This document shows, piece by piece, positions 27,601-39,251 of a stretch of 64,000 nucleotides of DNA. The position numbers were made by a program, and so were the translations under genes. The DNA lies in assembly GCA_032718475.1 (NCBI GenBank), contig JAUCBJ010002409.1, forward strand, positions 15,613-79,612. The letters run 5' to 3'. The stretch comes from Nemertoderma westbladi. Its lineage: Eukaryota > Animalia > Xenacoelomorpha. The number at the start of each line of letters is the position of its first letter. The stretch's first letter is position 1. Below the pieces are notes generated by a model that was not told the DNA's origin, ran no database searches, and saw only the letters and a list, made by a program, of their open reading frames with translations.

Positions 27601-28724
27601 TAAGTTTATTTAACACGAGCCGGGGTTCTATCTACCGGTAAGTTTATTTAACACGAGCCGGGGTTCTATCTACTACCGGTAAGTTTATTTAACACGAGCC
27701 GGGGTTCTATCTACTACCGGTAAGTTTATTTAACACGAGCCGGGGTTCTATCTACTACCGGTAAGTTTATTTAACACGAGCCGGGGTTCTATCTACTACC
27801 GGTAAGTTTATTTAACACGAGCCGGGGTTCTATCTACTACCGGTAAGTTTATTTAACACGAGCCGGGGTTCTATCTACTACCGGTAAGTTTATTTAACAC
27901 GAGCCGGGGTTCTATCTACCGGTAAGTTTATTTAACACGAGCCGGGGTTCTATCTACTACCGGTAAGTTTATTTAACACGAGCCGGGGTTCTATCTACTA
28001 CCGGTAAGTTTATTTAACACGAGCCGGGGTTCTATCTACTACCGGTAAGTTTATTTAACACGAGCCGGGGTTCTATCTACTACCGGTAAGTTTATTTAAC
28101 ACGAGCCGGGGTTCTATCTACTACCGGTAAGTTTATTTAACACGAGCCGGGTTCTATCTACTACCGGTAAGTTTATTTAACACGAGCCGGGGTTCTATCT
28201 ACCGGTAAGTTTATTTAACACGAGCCGGGGTTCTATCTACTACCGGTAAGTTTATTTAACACGAGCCGGGGTTATATCTACTACCGGTAAGTTTATTTAA
28301 CACGAGTCGGGGTTCTATCTACCGGTAAGTTTATTTAACACGAGCCGGGGTTCTATCTACTACCGGTAAGTTTATTTAACACGAGTCGGGGTTCTATCTA
28401 CTACCGGTAAGTTTATTTAACACGAGTCGGGGTTCTATCTACTACCGGTAAGTTTATTTAACACGAGTCGGGGTTCTATCTACCGGTAAGTTTATTTAAC
28501 ACGAGCCGGGGTTCTATCTACTACCGGTAAGTTTATTTAACACGAGTCGGGGTTCTATCTACTACCGGTAAGTTAATTTAACACGAGTCGGGGTTCTATC
28601 TACTACCGGTAAGTTTATTTAACATGAGTCGGGGTTCTATCTACCGGTAAGTTTATTTAACACGAGCCGGGGTTCTATCTACTACCGGTAAGTTTATTTA
28701 ACACGAGCCGGGGTTCTATCTACT
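15670..28724 (+). repeat. 41/38-bp satellite (CACGAGCCGGGGTTCTATCTAC[TAC]CGGTAAGTTTATTTAA)n, roughly 325 copies, starting inside the exon
   Basis: The first unit is the last 27 nt of exon 15474-15696 plus 14 nt of intron; the array ends 20 nt before the next exon. Confidence 0.98.
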
Positions 28725-28744
28725 TCCCATTTGGTATTTTGTAG

Positions 28745-28848
28745 GTCATTCAACTAATTTCGTTGTGGCTTCACACTTGCCGACAGATACCCCTAGTGAC
28801 TATTGGATATCCATGGGAACTGCGTTGCTATGTCAACTTAATGAGTAG
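28745..28848 (+). CDS. DNAH6: Dynein heavy chain terminal coding exon
   Basis: ttttgtag|GT CAT... completes [34 protein letters not shown], the dynein C-terminus with a DNAH6-like ending; AATAAA at 28963. Confidence 0.93.
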
Positions 28849-30183
28849 CCAATTAGACGCCAACACAAGTCGTGAAGAATTTTGAATTGAATGACATCAT
28901 AGGTTAACCCCCCATCCAATCCAGTATTTGTGCCAGTAAAACTGTAACGAATTCGAAGTTTAAATAAAATATTAATAACTTTACTATAAAACAATCACCC
29001 ATTGTAAATAGACCCCCCCCCCCCCCCCCCCCACCCCCTTGCTAACATCAATTGTTGTACAGTTTTTATTATCGAATTTATTGTGTATATATATTTTGTA
29101 TATATAAAACATCTAGGTGTACAGATATTATCGTATTGTATATACATTTTGTATGTAGAGCCTTCCTTGTACGTATAGTTTTTTCAGTATTTAATACTTA
29201 TATACATAACAATCATATTGTACAGTTTTTTTTAATTATCTTGTTAAATATACTTTTTAAATTTTTTAACTTTTTAAGTATACTTTAGTAAATGCATTAA
29301 TTATATGATTATTAAAACTGAACCGTCCAATCTATCGATTGTTGTAACTTTAATTCATATTATACCGGGTAAATGTTGAAAAACAAATTATTAAACATTT
29401 GAGTTTTCAACCTATCTAGGCCTATTACATTTAATACATCCCTTAAAAATAGATAAATTGACTATCAGGTCTTTATTTTTCAATAATTTGTTAGAACCCT
29501 CCTAAACTTCCAGCTACATTTTATTTTTATAAAATTCTGCACACAATTTACAGAAAAATACTTAGTGTTTACCTTGAAATCCGTCACATCTGCGTTCTCT
29601 ATCCTGACAGACAAACAAAGGACAGTTATATGAAGCTTATAAACGATATGCAGACTACCACGACTGCCTACTGTTATTACGAACAAAAACTAAAAGTAAC
29701 ATGTTGGTTAATGCCAACCATATTTATTGCCCAAGTCACGTACCGGACTAAAAATATACAAAAATGTAAATCATTAAAGAATGAATGGTGGGATGGCTTT
29801 GATTATTTGATTGCCGAATACACAATAATCGGTCCCCTCCCGCTGCGATACACTCCAACCACAGTTTGTTATAGAAAAAGCTACAACGAATTTTGAAAAA
29901 AAACGTCACATACTCACATATGGGATAAATTTCAAATTTTCTTATTGTAATTAAGGGCTCATTTTGGCCATTTAAATTACAATAGGGTTGGTGCGCGAAA
30001 AAATTGTTGGGCTAGAAACAATCGAATAAGGGGTAACAAGGTGCCCTGAATCGGAGTGGCGGGGTGTGTTTTTTTGTAAAAACACGAGGAAAGGGTCGAA
30101 ATGACGGGTTTAAGTAAGCCCAGGAAGCTAATTTTGAAAATCGGCTGTGATTGGCTGCTACATATTAATGTCACTACGCTGTG

Positions 30184-31936
30184 CGGCAGCTCCAAACCAA
30201 AACCCAGTATGTCAATTTTTTCGAAATCGATTTTTTTCGATTTTTGGGGTTATTGGGGGCGTAGAATTCATCTGACTCAGTTTCGAAACCATAGCACTAA
30301 CCGATTTCGCAGTATTAACAATTAATTAATTAACTAATTAGCTAATTATGAGCAAACACCACGTCGAAACACAGTAATGCTAGTTACTGGGTTTCGTTTA
30401 CCTTTCTGGTGCTATTTTGAAAAAGTTACTCCATCAAAACCCAGTATGTGCTCAAAAATCCCGAAATCCTATGCCAAAACCCAGTAACTGCACTTACTGG
30501 GTTTCGAGCAAAATTCTTTACTGGGTTTTCACCTGGTATTTTCTGAACAAAATCAAGTATCGTTTCCGAAAGACAAAACCTAGTATGTCAATGTCAATGT
30601 CAGATTTACCACGTCAAAACCCAGTAAACATAGTTACTGGGTTTCCAGCAGTTTGAGATACTACTACTACTACTAGGATCGGCATGCTGCATTGAAGCTG
30701 CATTTTTAAAAATGCTGTGCCGGCTTGTCGACAAAATTGCACCGCCACAACTCCCTATCACCCATGACATTTGCTAGATCATCCGCATCTTCAAGGCCAG
30801 TGTCCTTTAAGATGCGTCTCAAGAAAGTCATGGGCTGTCCACCATGCTTATTCACTCCATGAGGCTGCCAAAGTACAAGATTATGCACTGGCTGGTCCTC
30901 ACGGCGAAAGCAATGTCCTGCAAAGCGGAGGCGATTTTGTTCTAGTGTCAAGCTTGGGGGAACCAATGAGACACCTCTAATGTTATATAGTGTCTGGTTG
31001 GAGATGTGTGTATTGTACTTGACACAATGAACCCGGCGTAGCATTCTTGTGAATGTTCCATCCAGAGATTTGGTGTCCTCAGCAGTTAGAGCCCAGCATG
31101 GGCTCCCATAGAGGAGTACTGGAACTACTGCTGCTCTAAATAATCGGACCTTGTGTTTCTGATTAATGCTCGGTGACTTCCAAATCTTGGAAAGCCTATT
31201 CAAGGCTGCCCATGCCTTTCCCTTACGTATTCGAAGGTCCTCACCTGACTTCCGGATCCATGATCCCAGGTAACAGAAATCGTCCACATGCTCAAGCATC
31301 CATCCTTTGAGGTTATGCTCATCCGATCAGAGACTTGCTGAGGACATTCAAAGTTAAGATGAGATACTAGGTTTTGACGTGGGATTTCCCTATGCAGATA
31401 CTATGCCAAACCAAAACCCAGTAACTCCGGCAACGCAACAGACGTAGACAAATAATTAAGTGTTCTAGAATATTATATTCTACAATGTTGCCTCTTTGTT
31501 TTCGCTAACCGTTGGCGAAGGAAGTCAGAGTTACTGGGTTTTGGCGAAGGGACTTGTCAGTTACTTGGTTTTGGCATGGGAAAGGTAACTGATTGGAAAA
31601 GTTAAATGTTAGTTTACTGGGTTTTGGTGTGGGCAAATTAGTTACTGTGTTTTGAAAAGGGAACAATGACGTTACTGGGTATTGATGCATCAAAAATCAC
31701 AATTGTTTTCTTTTCAGCCATACCAAAACCGTGTAAGTCGATTTATAAGAAAAGTAAAGAATAAATTAAAAAAACAGTTTTGGCACTAATAATATATATG
31801 TACAATTTGTAAAGGTACACAAAATTATAACTCATCAAATTAAATTTCAACCAAATGCCAGCTGTTTAAAGTCCAAAACTTTAATATCTCGAAAAGTCAA
31901 AAAATGTACTTACTGGGTTTTGGTTTGGAGCCGCCG
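30184..31936. mobile_element. Non-autonomous TIR DNA transposon with a 4-bp TSD (TGTG) and many internal AAAACCCAGTA motifs
   Basis: 26-bp TIR CGGC(A/G)GCTCCAAACCAAAACCCAGTA at both ends; TGTG at 30180-30183 and 31937-31940. Confidence 0.8.
30664..31359 (-). mobile_element. 5'-truncated RTE-clade LINE (RT thumb and C-terminal region) with a (TAG)n tail
   Basis: ORF 30706-31299 VDDFCYLGSWI...VLLYGSPCWAL...RLRFAGHCFR; short-repeat tail at 30661-30675; TGAGATACTA flanks both sides (30654, 31360). Confidence 0.88.
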
Positions 31937-32699
31937 TGTGCTTGGATAATTTCTTATATTGTTTTCTACGGAGGTGATTTTCGATCGATTTAAATACACA
32001 TTTAATCTCAATAATTTCACATGTGGCTTATATTAATTGAAAGCGGGGAGTATTGCGCGTCTTTCACAGTATAATTAATTAAATTCATGGTGATGAATAT
32101 TGATAAAATTAATAAATTCACAATTATAAACTCGCATATTGCCTGACCAGGTGTGCAAGCACTGAACCACTCAGCCCTATCCGGCTTCCCGGGCTAAACA
32201 CGCAATTTCGACCGTTCCCACGCGTTTTTACAAAAAAAAAACACACCCCGCCACCCCGAATAAGGGGCTTGTTACCCCTTATTATTCGATTGTTTCTAGC
32301 CCAACAATTTTTTCGCGCACAAACCCTATTGTAATTTTAATGGCCAAAATGAGCCCTTAATTACAATAAGACAATTTGAAATTTATCCCATATGTGAGTA
32401 TGTGACGTTTTTTTCAAAATTCGTTGTAGCTTTTTCTATAACAAACTGTGGTTGGAGTGTATAGCAACTAACAGGAGGGGACCGATTATTGTGTATCTGG
32501 CGATCAAATTATCAAAGCCAACCGACCATTCATCATTGTCTGATTTACATTTTTGTTTATTTTTATTTTTAGTCCCGTACGTGACTTGGTCAATATGGTT
32601 CGCATTGACCAACATGTTTCTTTTCGTTTTTGTTGATATAAAAATAACGTTTTTTTCAGGTCCATAGACAACAGTTTTGTTCATCACATTGTTAAACAG

Positions 32700-33032
32700 G
32701 AAAACATATTATTTAGCCGAAAACATATATATTATTTAGCCGGAAACATATATATTATTTAGCCGAAAACATACATATTATTTAGCTGAAAACATATATA
32801 TTATTTAGCCGAAAACATATATATTATTTAGCCGAAAACATATATATTATTTAGCCGAAAACATATATATTATTTAGCTGAAAACATATATATTATTTAG
32901 CCGAAAACATATATATTATTTAGCTGAAAACATATATATTATTTAGCCGAAAAAATATATATTATTTAGCTGAAAACATACATATTATTTAGCCGAAAAC
33001 ATATCACTGAGTCAAAAACATATTATTTAGCC
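32700..33032. repeat. 23-bp minisatellite (GAAAACATATATATTATTTAGCC)n, about 13-14 copies
   Basis: Directly visible tandem units. Confidence 0.93.
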
Positions 33033-33887
33033 CAACTTTTCACGGCAAAGTTTGCCAGAAAGTGAAACTTTATATTCTAACTGCATTTGAAAAAATGTCC
33101 TAAAGGTGACCGAATTTTTATATTTTTTCTGATTCTCAAGAGAAATAACACGGAAAAAACATTGATCTGTACTACATTTTTACATATCGGAATGTTTCTT
33201 CTCTCAATAACGGCCGATAAATTTTTGGGGCACTTAATGGTTTCATGTGCAGAAATTATCGTTCTTTCTATCCATCGATATCGCGGGTTCCCGCACGTAT
33301 GGTGGTACATCGGTCAATATGGTTGGCAGCGACCCATGTGCACGTGACACTTGTTTATTGTTTTGATTAGAAATTGCCTACCACTGTTAGTTGTAGCCTT
33401 GTAGTAGAGTTGATAATAGACTTGATAAATAAGACCTGATAATAAATAATAAATTAAATTATCGATGTTTGAGGATCGGTGTTAAATAACATAACAAAGG
33501 TGATAAAACACTGAATGATTCAACTTTAACATAATTATTAATAATGAAGTATTTATTGTTTAATATATTTTTTAATTTACATTGAGTAATAAATACTGTT
33601 ACTGACTAGAAGTAATCTGTAGTACAGGACTCCCTCTTCTACGTCGACAAGCAAAAACTACCAGAATAACGATAATTACTACACGAAATTAGCTACGTCT
33701 CAACAATTAGATCACAAACAAACATGTAAAACCAGTCGTCTATCACATAAACAATATAATTTATAATAAATAAAAAAACACGAAATGACAATAATATACC
33801 AGAATTAATTAATATTAATTAATATGTTAGTAATAATAAATATAAAATGAAACCAACGAAACAGTTTCATTAAAAGCATCAAATGGA

Positions 33888-34105
33888 GTAATAACTATTT
33901 ACATAAATACGTGTATGTAAAGTAGCACTTTACAGTGTCCTGATCCGAGTAGTTTGTTACACGAACGAACATAGAGAGTGGAAATAAAGCCACGAGGTAC
34001 AGGATACTGCAAACTACTTTGTAGTAAGTATGTATGTAGTTTTCATGACCTACTATTAGTAGGTCATATATACATATATTCCAAAATTGCAACACTACAA
34101 AACGA
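33888..34105. repeat. Dispersed repeat with an inverted copy at about 63765-63955 and a partial copy at about 63270-63340
   Basis: For example, TGTAAAGTAGCACTTTA (about 33917) is the reverse complement of TAAAGTGCTACTTTACA (about 63913). Confidence 0.7.
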
Positions 34106-36036
34106 CTGCCGATGAAAAGTTTCTTATAAAACAATTCTTTTTTAAAAATTGTGATATGGTAACGGTTGTAACGGTAACCTGGTAACAAGTTGTTCAGGCA
34201 TACAAATGACGCCGGCGAATAATGTTATACAAAGGCCTTGACAGTCAATAATCGTTAAGTAATGTTGATATTTTGTAATAAATAATAATAAATGTAAAAG
34301 TTCACCGTTCATACGTACAATAATTAGCACCTTCAATCAATTAACGACTCCCTTCCTATTCGAAGACATTTCATTGGACAGTTATCCTTGATTACGTAAC
34401 ACATTATATAAACCAATCGACTGTAACACATATATTATAGTAGTAATATAAAGGAATTAGGGTTACTTTACGGGGGAGTTAGTAAAGTTTAGTTCAACTG
34501 CCAGGACAGGACGCAGGGGTACGGAATCGTTCACTTTGCGGAAATTTTTTTAATCAAAAGTAACGCCGTTTTCTTGTGAAATTTATTAAAAACAAATACG
34601 AGTACAAAATCGTAGTTTCCATATAATTTTACACAAATAATGTGAGATGAAAATAATGGTAATATGAATAATAATAATATAAATAATGGCAAAAATTTCC
34701 AAATATAGGAATTTAGAAATCCGGATCCGGATTGTTACGATGTAACAATAGATGTAATAATTCCGAAATAGATTGTAACACTGAATTAGCAGGATGTTTC
34801 CACAGTTTGTTCGGTAGTCACGAAACCCTCAAACACAGTTAATTTATAAGTTTAATGTGTTAAATATGAAGTTTGAAATTATCCAAGTATATCATATCAG
34901 TGTGTTTGTGTTACAAACTATATCGGAATAAATATTAAAAACCTAATTATATTGACAATATAACAAACAATAACAATACGGAATTAAACAGCATTAGGGG
35001 AACTGCCAATCAATCTATAAAATATATTTAAAAAACATTTAGGCCCTCCTTAAAGCGCTGACCATTATTTACTACCGACTAAATAATAACGCAGTAATTA
35101 TAAAGTTTGTAAAATTCATTCAGGAAAAAGTAGCACATTAATCTTATTCATAATAAATTTGTATCCTATTGCGTTTGGGTATATTTGTATGTACAATGGT
35201 ACTGTTAGCGGTTTATATCACAAACAATATCATCATAGACATAACAATAATCAGAAGCATTGAGTTTCTGCCCTTTTCTATACGATAGGTAGGAAAACTA
35301 GTGTATATTTTTGGAAATTTGCGAATATTATACATTAATATGACATTTTTATAGTTTCTGAGATATAATTTAATATATTATATAAAATAAATGAATCACT
35401 TGTGTAATTCAATGGTATTAAAGTCGATTCTATAATTTTTGGTGGAGTTAATGTTATATGATTGTTAAGTGAGATACGACGGGGTGCAGCCATACAGTGA
35501 TAGAAAGATGATTGAATGCCAGGTTACATCGTCACTAGAGACTAATATAGTATATATTTTCCCTGAAATACCCTTCGCGTAGCACGTGAGAGGTTGAGTT
35601 TCCAGAATTAATTATATAAAATAGGGAAGTTACACCTTCGCAAAGCTAATAGGAGACAGAGCTAAGATGTTAATGCTAATAATGACCTGCACTGACGTCT
35701 GCGATTAAATTTGCTACTCCAACCAAATTTCTGAACTCCATTCACAATAATTACTATATGTTCTAGCTAATTAAATGTTAATGGCACGCCACATAGAAGG
35801 GATGGAAGGGAGGTACTGGGTTACAGAGAGGTGTGCCCCCACCACAGGGGGCACCTGGTCACAGGGAGAGGGGATGATTATACCTCAGCACAAGGGGGCA
35901 GCGGTTTCACCGCTGAAGGGGACTCTGATGCCCCCACCGCAAGGGGGAACTATAATGCCCCTACACCATAAATTACTGCTAAATATAGTTAATAATATAA
36001 AATATAGGACAACTAAAAATTGCCATAATAAAGTGT

Positions 36037-38461
36037 TTATTGTGGAAGGGCGGGGAAGTTTGAACCTAAAGGTCGTTGTAGCGAAGGTTTATTCAGAGTC
36101 AATATGTAGATATGGGAGGAGCCGTTACGGAGACTGTTACTGAAGAAGACCTTGTCGTTACGACAACACAGATAGGTAAGTTTACTGCGACTCTTGTGCA
36201 TAAAGACCCCGTCGAGATGACCGGTGTGCACATCGCGGATCTCGATGGCTCGGTCCCCCCACCCGAGGACGTGGCCCGTATCGATGTAGGTCACCGAACT
36301 GGGCAGCTCCCCCCATTGGAGCACAACGTCCTTGTAGACCCCGCTGGACGTGTCCACGTAGGCGCCCTCGTTATCGTAACACACCAGCAGTTTCTTACCC
36401 TCGGATTGGGGCAGAACGACGATGCATTGTGGCTCGATGTCCTTGGAGTCGTTGGTACGCGGTAGGAAGATGTCCCTATCCACTCCCGATTGCAGGTCGA
36501 TCGTGTGGAACCCACGGTTACTCCCGTAGACAACCTTATACTTGGAGTCGTCCTCGATGGCGAGATCAACAATGAGCGGTTCTTTACCGAAGACAGGGAC
36601 GCTCTTGAACGCCATGAACTTATTATAGGGTTTCTGAGCCCAGGCGTAGACTTCGATACGGTGCTTGAGAGCGATGGGTAGGAACTTAATGAGGTCGAGG
36701 TTGATGAACTTGTAGTGGAGACAGCCTTCGAGATCCCCGATGGTCATATAGGGCGGAGCACCTCGACCCAGACGTGTATCCTCACTGCCGCTAGCGGCTG
36801 ATATCGGCTCCTTACTGATCTTGGCCTTCAACCAGGCCAGGTTGTAGACCCTAATCTTGTTGTTCTTCCCGGATATAGTGATCAGCACCTGAAGCTCTCC
36901 CTCCACGACGTCCATCTGCTTGAATCGACGGCCCTTGACCAGGGAGTAGGTCTTCCCTTGCCCGCTCCTGTCCAGTAGACTCAGCCCGTCCTCTGTACCC
37001 ACCAACAGATTGACTCCCCACAACGCCGCGCTCAGAACACCCGAACCGAATCGCTTCTTGTATTTGTGGATCTGTGGCATCTCGTCGACGCCCTCGTGCG
37101 ACGAGATGTTGACGCTGACGTCCTGGATCGAGGACTTCCGTTGCTGCGGGGTCGCGGGGGAAGGCGCCGCTCCGAAACCGAACGCGAGGAAACTCCGGTT
37201 GGGCGTGGCCGCGAGGGGGCGCTGGGTGCGGGGGGGCATCTCGGAGGAGGTGCGTCGACGGGCGCTAGGGGGCGTCACCTGGTGCGGCAGGACGTCCGGT
37301 AGGACATTGGATTGACTGCGGCCGCGCATGTCGGGAGTGGAGGAGGCGGACGATGTATCGCTGAGTCGACGTCGTCGACCGGGGGGCGTAGATGAACCGG
37401 TCGAGGTATCGCCTCCCCCCATCGAGGAGGAGCCCCCTTCCCCCCCGCTGACCCCCAACTCGGCGAAGCTCTCAGGCAGCGGTTTGGGGGGCCCGCTCGC
37501 CAACATTGTGCCGTCGTTGTTTATCCGACCAGCCGGCTCGCTTCCCTCCTCCTCACTATCTTCTTCATCGGATGAGGGCGCAGTGTGGGCGTTGTTCGGC
37601 GCGGCGTGGGCGCTAGGGGGCGAGGGCGTGGACAGCTGTAGCGCGGACGGCCGACAGATGGCGTCTAGCACCTCGCTGGGCTGGAGGTTCCGGTACTCCG
37701 GGGTGCTATGCTGCCTGACCGGCGGTACCGGGGGCGGCCCGTCCGGCTCCGACGGCTTCGGACCCGGACTCGCGTCGGAATCCGAGGATACCAGCGGCCC
37801 GTCCAGGAATATCGCGTTGCTCCAGGGCTGCGCGGCCTCGCCCCCAGGTCGTTGACCCTCGCCGTCCTCAGGGTGTTGACCTTGACCGCCCTGAGGTCGC
37901 TGACCTTTCATACTCTCCTGCAGTTCCCGCCAGTCCTGCTCCAACTGCGACCGATTGTGTTCGAGACTTTTCTGCTGATTTCTGCGTCGCCGGTCTTCAG
38001 AAGTTTCCCCCTCGTTGCGGCATATGTCGCCGGATGGTTGTCTAGCAACACTATGGTCGTTGGATTGTTGCTTAGCAACAATGTGGTCACCGGATGGTCT
38101 AGCAACAATGTGGTCACCGGATGGTCTAGCAACAATGTGGTCGCTGGAGGGTTGCCTAACAACTGCGTGGTCACTAGATGCTTGCTTAGCAACAATGTGG
38201 TCACTGGATGGTTGCCTAACAACAATGTGATCGCTCGATTGTTGTCTAGCAACAATGTGGTCGACGGATGGTTGTCTAGGATTCCCACGCCGTGGACTAC
38301 CAATGACACTAGACTCAGACCGGGATTCATTCCGTCTGTCCAACAACTCGTGGACTCTGGAGCCGGCTATCTCGTCTAACTTCTCAGCCGGTACGGTAGC
38401 CGCTCGGGCCCGTCGAGCCTCGGCCAACTCCACAGCTCGCGAAGAGGCAATCTCCTTCAAT
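36037..38461 (-). CDS. MAP4K4: MAP4K4/MINK1/TNIK/misshapen-family kinase, terminal exon (low-complexity linker plus CNH domain)
   Basis: ttttctag| phase-2 acceptor; MPQIHKYKKRF...AALWGVNLLVGTEDGLSLLDRSGQGK...EVYAWAQKPYNKFMAFKS...GHLDGVFMHK is the msn-type CNH domain. Confidence 0.93.
38020..38280 (-). repeat. Coding tandem repeat of 27/33-bp units (SxDHIVARQP-like)
   Basis: About 8 in-frame units in the MAP4K linker. Confidence 0.85.
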
Positions 38462-38711
38462 CTAGAAAAATACCGGTAATAAAAGTTTACATAAACCTAG
38501 AGATTTAAGAGAGTTTAACTGAATTAAGTGAATTAACGTTTGTGGAAGTCTTGGGAGAGATCAACTAAAGAGCACAGCGCGGGCAAGTAGGTAAACTTAG
38601 ATCGGGCTTAACGATACATCATATCAACCAAATCTACTGTAATAAGTTAATGTAATAAGGTGCGGAGGTGAGATAGGAACAAATCAGAAGGAAGACAGAC
38701 AAACTGAGGAG

Positions 38712-38930
38712 ACCGTAGCGGCCAAACACTCGGAGACATGGGGGGAAACTGGACGCATTTATACGTTATTTTAACCAAAACAATAAACTAAACACAATAG
38801 AACAGGTTAACCGGTACGGTTTTATTTTTGAGAATAATCAGCTGTTATTTGCGTCGAATTTCCCCTAGAGAGGGATTAATTTTTATTGCGTCCAGTTTCC
38901 CCCCCTATCTGAACACTCATATACGGCTAT
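38712..38930. mobile_element. Small MITE-like element
   Basis: GGGGGGAAACTGGACGCA (38740) and TGCGTCCAGTTTCCCCCC (38888) form an inverted pair; CCGTA...TACGG lies near the ends. Confidence 0.5.
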
Positions 38931-39251
38931 GTATGTATATTGTAAACTCTCCCTGATTAAGTACGAATGTTCCATCTCTTTGGATGTGGAGCATCTCGCT
39001 CTATATGGATGATGGGAAAATAATCCTTATACCTCTGGGATTCACGACAATGAAACATAATTCTTTAGCACAAACCCTAATCTAACAAACACAGGGAAAG
39101 GCGATATGAAACAAACTATATTCCATGACATAACAACCCGTGGAACGAGGATATATTAATTATATATAATCCATTTGTATACCGGTACTTTATTATACAA
39201 AAATATACTTGGGAACGATACAATTCACTTGAATGTAATATATTGTGTTAC

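Larger units (their letters stand above)
29682..32634. mobile_element. Long inverted-repeat (foldback-like) element with nested insertions
   Basis: About 29682-30128 is the imperfect reverse complement of about 32184-32634; outer ends and TSD are not resolved. Confidence 0.65.

Noticed and set aside
5402-28724. Large 41-43-bp arrays as CRISPR arrays
   Set aside because: Units are head-to-tail with no unique spacers, no cas genes are present, and the context is spliceosomal introns
29013-29038. C-run or G-quadruplex as a functional element
   Set aside because: A simple homopolymer of uncertain length with nothing else to support function
35775-36143. 122-aa + strand ORF
   Set aside because: Antisense to the MAP4K stop and 3' UTR; no recognisable domain or splice context
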